From contig PLUI01000225.1 of the NCBI GenBank assembly GCA_003164855.1, positions 72,723 through 114,942 on the forward strand: DNA of 42,220 nucleotides, written 5' to 3'. This DNA comes from Acidobacteriaceae bacterium (GTDB lineage Bacteria; Acidobacteriota; Terriglobia; Terriglobales; Acidobacteriaceae). Positions 33,643-39,884 of the stretch are shown here, one piece after another (positions within the stretch are counted from its first letter, which is position 1; each line of letters opens with the position of its first letter). The translations under genes were made by a program, and so were the position numbers. Below the pieces are notes generated by a model. The model ran no database searches and was not told the origin of the DNA. It saw only the letters and a list, made by a program, of their open reading frames with translations.

Positions 33643-33876
33643 ATGATTCTTGTTATTTCTCTTGTGCTTGGCATTCTCCCTCTGGTAGGCGTGGCTTTGA
33701 CGCTGATCAACGGCATGATCACTACCGTGGATGGGCTGTTCATGAGCCTGATCCTGCTAACACTTTCCGCAGTTTTCATGTTGAACGCGTACTGGGAAAT
33801 GCGCGACATGGGTATGCTCGGCAAGAAAAAAGCCGCGGCTCCAGCGGCGAAACCTCCCGCAGCGAAAGCGAGTTAA
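33643..33876 (+). CDS. Small two-helix membrane protein with Lys/Ala/Pro tail (77 aa)
   Basis: MILVISLVLGILPLVGVALTLINGMITTVDGLFMSLILLTLSAVFMLNAYWEM...KKKAAAPAAKPPAAKAS. AGGAGG at 33624-33629. An alternative GTG start lies at 33634. It is the in-frame tail of track ORF 33370..33876, whose 5' part overlaps the ATPase gene. Confidence 0.55.
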   Translation: MILVISLVLGILPLVGVALTLINGMITTVDGLFMSLILLTLSAVFMLNAYWEMRDMGMLGKKKAAAPAAKPPAAKAS

Positions 33877-33881
33877 ACTTC

Positions 33882-34709
33882 TTGGCCACTCAGACCGCCG
33901 CTTTATCGAGACCGATTGCGCCCGCTTCCGCGGGAGTGTTGTTACCTGCGTTCACGCTGTGGTGGCGCGAGATTGTGCGCTTCTACCGGCAGAAGTCGCG
34001 CGTGGTAGGCGTGCTGGCCTCTCCTTTGGTTTTCTGGGTGGTGATTGGTTCGGGCTTCGGCACGTCGTTCCGTTCCGGCGGAGGCCAAGGCCAGCAGAAT
34101 TATTTGGATTATTTCTATCCGGGCGCGCTCATTATGATCGTCCTCTTTACGTCGATCTTCACCATGATGTCGGTTATTGAGGATCGAAAAGAAGGATTTT
34201 TGCTTTCGGTGCTGGTGGCGCCAGTGCCGCGCTCCGCGATTGTGCTCGGCAAGGTTTTGGGCGGCACCACGCTCTCGGCGATTCAAGGCATGATCTTCCT
34301 GGTCTTCGCGCCCTTCGCAGGCGTACATCTGAATCTTGCACAAGTGCTGTTGGTGGCAGTCGTGGTGTTTCTGATTTCCTTCGCTCTTACTGCACTCGGC
34401 TTCGCCATCGCGTGGCCCATGGATTCTACGCAGGCCTTTCACGGCATCATCAATTTATTCTTGATTCCGCTATGGCTGCTGTCGGGTGCGATGTTTCCGA
34501 TAAGCCGCGCCTCCGGCTGGATTCGCGCGCTGATGTATATGAACCCACTTACTTATGGAGTGGAGGCGCTGCGGGCTCTGCTTTATCCGGGGATGGATAC
34601 GACTTTCCCGTTGCCATCGGCGATGGCGACGTTGCTTCTGTTTTCGCTGGTGATGTTTGGACTTGCATTCCTGATGGCAAACCGCCGCACCACGAGGCCT
34701 GCCGCCTGA
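33882..34709 (+). CDS. ABC-2 type transporter permease
   Basis: Six TM helices with the typical ABC-2 pattern (WREIVRFYRQKSRVVG..., EDRKEGFL, NPLTYGVEALR). It follows the ATPase gene. Confidence 0.9.
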   Translation: MATQTAALSRPIAPASAGVLLPAFTLWWREIVRFYRQKSRVVGVLASPLVFWVVIGSGFGTSFRSGGGQGQQNYLDYFYPGALIMIVLFTSIFTMMSVIEDRKEGFLLSVLVAPVPRSAIVLGKVLGGTTLSAIQGMIFLVFAPFAGVHLNLAQVLLVAVVVFLISFALTALGFAIAWPMDSTQAFHGIINLFLIPLWLLSGAMFPISRASGWIRALMYMNPLTYGVEALRALLYPGMDTTFPLPSAMATLLLFSLVMFGLAFLMANRRTTRPAA

Positions 34710-34735
34710 TTGCGGAAAACCTGATTGCCGAAAAT

Positions 34736-35170
34736 ATGATCGCTGAACAATACGCCGACTTCCCTGCCCTCATCGCCAGTTTGAATGGAGCCAGCGCGGT
34801 GCTGTTGCTCATTGGCCGCAGCTTGATTATGCGGGGTAAAATTGCCGCGCATCGAGCGTGCATGATTGCCGCGGTCGTCTCCTCGACTTTGTTTCTGGCC
34901 TGCTACGTGTATTTTCACGCCCACGTCGGCGACATCCGGTTCCTGGGCAGTCACTTCTGGCACATCATTTACCTGATCGTGCTGATTCCGCACGTCACCC
35001 TGGCCATCATCATCGTGCCAATGGTCATCATTACACTGAGCCGCGGGTTGCGCGGCCGCTATGACCGCCATCGCGCCATCGCGCGCTGGACGTGGCCGCT
35101 GTGGATGTACGTGAGCGTCACCGGAGTGCTCGTATACTTCATGCTGTACCAATGGTTTCCGCACAGCTAG
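34736..35170 (+). CDS. DUF420 (CtaM-like) membrane protein
   Basis: Four TM helices with the DUF420 pattern (ASLNGASAVLLLIGRSLIMRGKIAAHRACM..., HVTLAIIIVPMVIITLSRGLRGRYDRHRAIARWTWPLWMYVSVTGVLVYFMLY). The track ORF 34412..35170 overlaps the permease gene in its 5' part. The ATG at 34736 is the first canonical start after the permease stop. Confidence 0.8.
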   Translation: MIAEQYADFPALIASLNGASAVLLLIGRSLIMRGKIAAHRACMIAAVVSSTLFLACYVYFHAHVGDIRFLGSHFWHIIYLIVLIPHVTLAIIIVPMVIITLSRGLRGRYDRHRAIARWTWPLWMYVSVTGVLVYFMLYQWFPHS

Positions 35171-35182
35171 GGGCACGATTTC

Positions 35183-35259
35183 ACCACAGAGGCACAGAGA
35201 AGTCACAACAATGATCAAACAAATTCCGGGTTTCCTCTGCGACCCTGTGACTCTGTGGT
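35183..35259. repeat. CACAGAG-word inverted repeat downstream of the DUF420 gene
   Basis: ACCACAGAG (35183-35191) pairs perfectly with CTCTGTGGT (35251-35259). Further CACAG/CTGTG pairing occurs inside. The arms are ACCACAGAGGCACAGAGAAGTCACAA and CTCTGCGACCCTGTGACTCTGTGGT. Confidence 0.7.
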
Positions 35260-35270
35260 AAAAAGATGCA

Positions 35271-35540
35271 ATGGCCATCGTGCGACTAAAGATTGATGTT
35301 GCCGGAACGGTCGGCGACGAAGCCTGGCGACAGATCCAGCAGTTTGATCAGATTCAAAGTGCGGACTTCGGCCCGCAGTTCGGCAGCGGCGGGCGTTGCA
35401 ATCACTCTCCGGATAAGCCGCACGTCAAGGGCGAATGGATCGGAGCCGAAATCGGGCTTCTGACGCCGCTTCTGGCGCAGTACGCGGTTTCGCACTATCT
35501 GGAGCAGGAACGCGTGCTCGATGCGGATGTGGTGGAGTAA
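35271..35540 (+). CDS. Small hypothetical protein (89 aa)
   Basis: Strong G/C bias at third-codon positions in this frame. Its TAA stop abuts the next ATG (TAAATG at 35538-35543). No recognisable motif. The antisense ORF 35286..35936 shares codon phase and is judged a shadow ORF. Confidence 0.5.
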   Translation: MAIVRLKIDVAGTVGDEAWRQIQQFDQIQSADFGPQFGSGGRCNHSPDKPHVKGEWIGAEIGLLTPLLAQYAVSHYLEQERVLDADVVE

Positions 35541-36428
35541 ATGCAAAGTAGTACCCATCAGCCAACAATGGCAGCCAATCCCAATGCAACGCAGCCGATC
35601 CACACTGCTCGAAAATCGAGCATGTCCCGCACGCAGAAGCTTCTTTTCTTCGTCACTGCTTGGCTGATCTGCCTGATGCCTTTTCTGTTCTGGTGGAACA
35701 CTTGGTTCGGGCGAAAGCTTTCCGACCAGCAGTTGAACGAATATCTGCACGATGCGAAGAAGCCGCGGCATATTCAGCAGGCGATGGTGCAGGTGGGCGA
35801 ACGCATTACGCGACAGGATGCCAGCGCGAAACAATGGTACCCCGACCTGGTGCGCCTGGCGTCTGATCCGGTGGAAGAAGTTCGCAACACGGACGCATGG
35901 GTTATGGGACAAGACCCAACTGGTGCCGGCTTTCACGACGTGCTGCTAAAGATGTTGAACGACACATCGCCGATGGTTCGTGGTAATGCGGCACTTTCAC
36001 TGGTGCGCTTCGGCGATGCCAGCGGCCGTCCACAGATCGTGGCGCTATTACAGCCCGCACAAATTATTTCGCCGCAATCGGGCCACATTGTCGACGCCGA
36101 TCGCCCCGGGACGGCTATCCATCAGGGCGGACTGATTGCGAAGTTGCAATATGGCCAGGAGCAGACTGCGGAAATTCGCTCACCAATTCCGGGACGAATT
36201 CGGTCCGTGGCCGGAACCGGTGCGAACATCGCGGCTGGAGCGGAAGTGGCGGTGGTTGATCCTTCAACCGAGCAGGTGTGGGAAGCGCTGCGCGCGCTTT
36301 ATCTCGTCGGACAGGCCGATGACCTTCCCGCAGTTCGTCCCTACGAGCGCGATCTGCCCGACATTTCTAATGACGTGCGGCAGCAGGCGGTGGAGACAGA
36401 AAAAGCGATACGGGAGCGAGCGAAGTAG
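35541..36428 (+). CDS. Membrane-anchored HEAT-repeat protein with a C-terminal lipoyl/biotinyl-like barrel segment
   Basis: TM LLFFVTAWLICLMPFLFWW. HEAT-like units (DPVEEVRNTDAWVMG, DTSPMVRGNAALSLVRFGD). Then EIRSPIPGRIRSVAGTGANIAAGAEVAVVDP resembles a hybrid-barrel motif. The start could instead be Met28 (35622). Confidence 0.7.
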   Translation: MQSSTHQPTMAANPNATQPIHTARKSSMSRTQKLLFFVTAWLICLMPFLFWWNTWFGRKLSDQQLNEYLHDAKKPRHIQQAMVQVGERITRQDASAKQWYPDLVRLASDPVEEVRNTDAWVMGQDPTGAGFHDVLLKMLNDTSPMVRGNAALSLVRFGDASGRPQIVALLQPAQIISPQSGHIVDADRPGTAIHQGGLIAKLQYGQEQTAEIRSPIPGRIRSVAGTGANIAAGAEVAVVDPSTEQVWEALRALYLVGQADDLPAVRPYERDLPDISNDVRQQAVETEKAIRERAK

Positions 36429-36442
36429 CTGATAGCTGGCAG

Positions 36443-36823
36443 CTAAATCGCCATCGCTCCGACTTCTTTTTCCACCTCGCTGGTTTCTACCATCGCGATG
36501 GCATCCCAAGGACAGCCGTCGAGGAAGCAGCCGTCAGGGCCTTTGCTGAGGCACTTTTTGCAACCGATGCAAAGGATGGGATCGACGGCGATGCGTCCGA
36601 ACGGAGTACTGTCTTCGTCCGGGACCCAGAACATGCAGTCTTCCACCGGACAGTATTCCACGCACGCCGGCGAGCCGGCGCATCCGGTGCAGCATTCGGT
36701 GATGACGGCGAGTTCCTTCGGCTTCTTCTTGCGAGGCGTGGTCAAGCCCTTGGACTTCGGTTCCCACTTCATCTCGTCGGGAACCATACCGACAGCTTTG
36801 GTAGCGCCGGGTGCAGGAGGCAT
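36443..36823 (-). CDS. 2x[4Fe-4S] ferredoxin-domain protein with a basic N-terminal extension
   Basis: CTGCAGSPACVEYCP and CIGCKKC...GCP cluster motifs, preceded by a ~40-aa Lys/Pro-rich segment. Confidence 0.85.
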   Translation of the reverse strand: MPPAPGATKAVGMVPDEMKWEPKSKGLTTPRKKKPKELAVITECCTGCAGSPACVEYCPVEDCMFWVPDEDSTPFGRIAVDPILCIGCKKCLSKGPDGCFLDGCPWDAIAMVETSEVEKEVGAMAI

Positions 36824-36864
36824 GGCCGGATTATACCTCAGCTTTCGATTGCCGCAGGAGATCT

Positions 36865-36888
36865 CACGCGGCTAATATGAGCCGCGTG
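36865..36888. other. Perfect 9-bp stem hairpin between the propeller and ferredoxin genes
   Basis: CACGCGGCT-AATATG-AGCCGCGTG. There is no U-tract on either strand, so it is not a canonical intrinsic terminator. Confidence 0.5.
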
Positions 36889-36972
36889 GGGGATGACGAC
36901 CATTAAAGGAACAAATCAAACAGCGCCCACCAACTCCGTCGCAGGTTGCGTACCAGACTTTGAGCCAAGACC

Positions 36973-38472
36973 CTACTTCCTTAAGCTGGTGTCGGGCCGC
37001 AGCGCGGCAGGGTCGGGACGTTCCGGCACCTGTGGCGGAGTCGGCAGGCTGAACGCATAAACGGTGCCGTCGTTCGAGCCGACGTAGACCACACCGTTTG
37101 CCACCGCTGGCGACGAGTTTACATAGGCTCCGGTAGTGTATTGCCACAGCACCGCGCCGGTGCTCGCGTTCAAGGCGTAAACATTTCCGTTATATCCTCC
37201 GGCGAGATAAATCACTCCATTGGCTACCGCCGGTGAGGTAAAGTCGTCAAGAAGGCTGTAATTCCACAACTGGGCACCGGTACTCGCGTTCAGTGCGAAA
37301 AGCTCACCGCCGAAGGGGTAGACCACCCCGTTGGCCACTACCGAAGAACCCAGGAACTCGTCGGTGAAGAAGTTCCACAACTGGGCACCAGTACTCGCGT
37401 TCAGTGCATAAAGAAAACTATTTCCCGAGCAAGAATAGACCGCTCCGTTGACCACCGTCGGATTGATCATCGTATTTCCCGGGCCTGCGGTGAACTGCCA
37501 CAGATCCATGCCGGTTACGGCGTTCAGGGCATAAAGATTGCCGTCGTCCGAACCGGCGTAGACCACTCCGTCGGCCACCGACGGGGAAAAGTATATGTAG
37601 CTCCCAGTGGCGAACTGCCAAAGGTCGCACTGATCTGCAGTGAAGCCTGAGGCTATGCACGCGGGGCTGGTGGCGGTTGCCTTGGTCACGGCATAAACGT
37701 TGTGATCCGCCGAACCTACGTAAACCACTCCATTGGCCACCGCTGGGGAGGACTCCACCGCGCCTCCGGTTGAGATTTGCCACAGATAGGCGCCGGTACT
37801 GGCGTCCAAGGCATAGAGATTATTGTCGTCCGACCCGACATAGACTACTCCCTCGACCACTGCGGGAGAAGACTCCACGGACCCTCCGGTGGTGTATTGC
37901 CAGAGCTTTTTGCCGGTTCTGGCGTTCAGGGCATAAACGTTGCCGTCGCCCGAACCAATATAGACCACGCCATCGACCACCGCCGGCGAAGAATCGACCC
38001 AGCTGCCGGTGGTAAAGGTCCAAAGCAGTCCGAGGTTGGCTGCGTTCGAGGGGCTGAGGACATTTTCGTACGGGTTGGCTCCATCTAGGTTGGGTGCAAA
38101 CTGGAATTCCGGCCAGTTGGTCTGCACGTTAAACGGGGCTTGCGCGGCCTCACCGGTACCGCTCACCACTGCGGTAACCCAGTTGGTTCCGGGCGGTGCG
38201 GAAGCCGGAACCTGGATTTTGACGAAGAAGTAGCCCTTGTTGTTGGGATTGGCCACGACCTGCGCCACCTCGGAGAGACCGAAATAGATGTCAATCAATA
38301 CGCTGGTCGGGAAGTTGCTGCCGGTGACCTGAAGCTCCGTGGTAGGCGGCCCGACCTTTCTTGAAAGCGTTACGCTGGGCTGGGCGAAAGCAGAAACGCC
38401 CAGCAGCACGACGCTGAAAAAAACCAGAAAAAGCTTTGTATTGACCGGAATTGTGAGTGCTCTCGCGGGCAT
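36973..38472 (-). CDS. Secreted PQQ-like (BamB-type) 8-bladed beta-propeller repeat protein with N-terminal Ig-like domain
   Basis: Signal peptide and an IPT-like segment (VTLSRKVGPPTTELQVTGSNFP). Eight repeats of G-V-V-Y-(V/A)-G-S-x-D-x-N-(L/V)-Y-A-L-(N/D)-A-x-T-G-x-x-L-W-Q follow. AAGGAGA RBS. Confidence 0.85.
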   Translation of the reverse strand: MPARALTIPVNTKLFLVFFSVVLLGVSAFAQPSVTLSRKVGPPTTELQVTGSNFPTSVLIDIYFGLSEVAQVVANPNNKGYFFVKIQVPASAPPGTNWVTAVVSGTGEAAQAPFNVQTNWPEFQFAPNLDGANPYENVLSPSNAANLGLLWTFTTGSWVDSSPAVVDGVVYIGSGDGNVYALNARTGKKLWQYTTGGSVESSPAVVEGVVYVGSDDNNLYALDASTGAYLWQISTGGAVESSPAVANGVVYVGSADHNVYAVTKATATSPACIASGFTADQCDLWQFATGSYIYFSPSVADGVVYAGSDDGNLYALNAVTGMDLWQFTAGPGNTMINPTVVNGAVYSCSGNSFLYALNASTGAQLWNFFTDEFLGSSVVANGVVYPFGGELFALNASTGAQLWNYSLLDDFTSPAVANGVIYLAGGYNGNVYALNASTGAVLWQYTTGAYVNSSPAVANGVVYVGSNDGTVYAFSLPTPPQVPERPDPAALRPDTSLRK

Positions 38473-38648
38473 GTGGAGGTATCTCCTTGATTGAGGATCG
38501 AACGGAACAGACGATCCCAGTATTTAGATAAAAAGCCGCGGCGGAATTATGAGGATCGGGCAGATGAAAAGACGAACGGACAGCACAAGCCGTCGGTAAT
38601 TGTTGCCGAGTCTTGCCGCGTTGTCAATGTGCAGGAAATTGCGGTACT

Positions 38649-38682
38649 GGGTCGGCTGGCGCGCCAGTGGGACCCCTTTTTT
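38649..38682 (+). terminator. Orphan plus-strand intrinsic terminator in the 384-nt propeller/ssb intergenic region
   Basis: GGGTC (38649-53) pairs with GACCC (38671-75). The inner palindrome is CTGGCGCGCCAG (38656-67). A C-TTTTTT tract follows (38676-82). No annotated plus-strand gene lies upstream of it. Confidence 0.55.
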
Positions 38683-38856
38683 CCATCTTGGTCCTTGTCT
38701 GAAGTGTACTCGCGAGCGCCAGCGCACCGCAGCCGGTGGAATCTCAGCACATGCTGTCGACCCGCACCAAATCGGCACCACCCGATTCAATTGTGACAGC
38801 CCGCATCATTTCCACGCCTCCACTTCTGCTATAGTGGCCCTGCAAAGGAGCACCCC

Positions 38857-39348
38857 ATGGCTGGAAAGAGTCTCAATCGAGTTCAACTGATCGGCAATCT
38901 GGGGAAAGATCCCGAAATCAAGTACACGCCGCAAGGCACGCCCGTGGCCAAGCTCACCATCGCCACCAACGAACGCTTCAAAGACAAAGCCGGCGAATGG
39001 CAGGACCGCACCGAGTGGCACAACGTGGTGCTCTGGCAGCGGCTCGCGGAAATTGCCGGAGAATATCTGAAGAAGGGCGGCAAAGTCTACATCGAAGGCC
39101 GCCTGCAAACCCGCTCCTGGGATGACAAAACCAGCGGCCAGAAAAAATACATGACCGAAGTCGTGGCCAGTGACATTATCCTGCTAGGTGGTAAGGGTGA
39201 AGGCGGAGGCGGCGGAGAATACAGTGGTGGTTCGCGCGGCGCAGGCGCTTCGGCCGGCGGTGGCAATAACTTCGACCAGCGCACGCCAGAGCCGGAGCAC
39301 GCGGGCGCGGCATCAGGGCCGATTACGGATGAAGACATTCCGTTCTAG
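38857..39348 (+). CDS. ssb: Single-stranded DNA-binding protein
   Basis: OB-fold NRVQLIGNLGKDPEIKYTPQGTPVAKLTIATNERF...TEWHNVVLWQRLAEIAGEYLKKG..VYIEGRLQTRSW. Gly-rich linker and acidic tip DEDIPF. AAGGAG RBS. A TATAGT -10-like box lies at 38830-38835. Confidence 0.95.
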   Translation: MAGKSLNRVQLIGNLGKDPEIKYTPQGTPVAKLTIATNERFKDKAGEWQDRTEWHNVVLWQRLAEIAGEYLKKGGKVYIEGRLQTRSWDDKTSGQKKYMTEVVASDIILLGGKGEGGGGGEYSGGSRGAGASAGGGNNFDQRTPEPEHAGAASGPITDEDIPF

Positions 39349-39473
39349 GGGAACGGCTTTAGTTGAGCCTAGATGAGGTTTTCAACGTGTTTTGACCGCC
39401 GTTGATTTTGATTTGAGAAGGAGCGGACAACGGTCGTCTCAAGTTCGGCTATGACGGCCGGCAGAGAAATTAT

Positions 39474-39815
39474 ATGACCGAACAACTAGCCGACAAGAAG
39501 TGTGTTCCCTGCCGCGGCGGTGTGCCTCCGCTCAAGGGGAAAGAGCTTAAGGCGCTGCACAAGGTCGTCCCGCAGTGGAGCGTCATCGAGGAGCATCATC
39601 TCAGGCGCGAGTACAAGTTTTCCGACTTTGCCACCGCACTCGAATTCGTCAATCGTGTAGGCGCGTTGGCCGAGGAGCAAGGGCACCATCCTGACATTCT
39701 GCTGGCGTGGGGAAAAGCCGAGATCACACTCTGGACGCACAAGGTCGACGGCCTTACCGAGAGCGACTTCATCATGGCCGCCAAGATTGACCGACTGCAG
39801 CAAGGTAAAAAGTAA
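39474..39815 (+). CDS. phhB: Pterin-4-alpha-carbinolamine dehydratase (PCD/DCoH)
   Basis: W.....L.REYKFSDFATALEFVNRVGALAEEQGHHPDILLAWGKAEITLWTHKVDGLTESDFIMAAKID, including the HHPD motif. Confidence 0.9.
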   Translation: MTEQLADKKCVPCRGGVPPLKGKELKALHKVVPQWSVIEEHHLRREYKFSDFATALEFVNRVGALAEEQGHHPDILLAWGKAEITLWTHKVDGLTESDFIMAAKIDRLQQGKK

Positions 39816-39820
39816 CAAGA

Positions 39821-39884
39821 TAGTGGTCAGTGATCAGTGATCAGTGTCCCGTACGACTTGTCTGGCCACTAGACACTGATCACT
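39821..39884. repeat. CAGTGATC/AGTGGTC-word hairpin between convergent genes (bidirectional terminator-like)
   Basis: AGTGATCAGTGTC (39836-39848) pairs perfectly over 13 bp with GACACTGATCACT (39872-39884). Tandem CAGTGAT words occur in the 5' arm. The 3' arm overlaps the ypdA stop codon. It shares the 11-mer AGTGGTCAGTG with the 20.6-kb element. Confidence 0.75.

Noticed and set aside
34706-34750. Tandem 15-nt repeat CTGATTGCGGAAAAC/CTGATTGCCGAAAAT/ATGATCGCTGAACAA (LIAEN-LIAEN-MIAEQ) at the permease/DUF420 junction
   Set aside because: It is short and imperfect. It lies upstream of or at the DUF420 start, where only the third unit supplies a canonical ATG. It is most simply a small local duplication, and I could not tie it to any function.
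35286-35936. 216-aa minus-strand ORF overlapping the 89-aa ORF and the start of the HEAT-repeat gene
   Set aside because: It shares codon phase with the plus-strand frames, whose third positions are strongly G/C-biased. The plus-strand product has a TM helix and HEAT motifs. The minus ORF is therefore a shadow ORF, though the 35271..35540 call itself remains only moderately supported.
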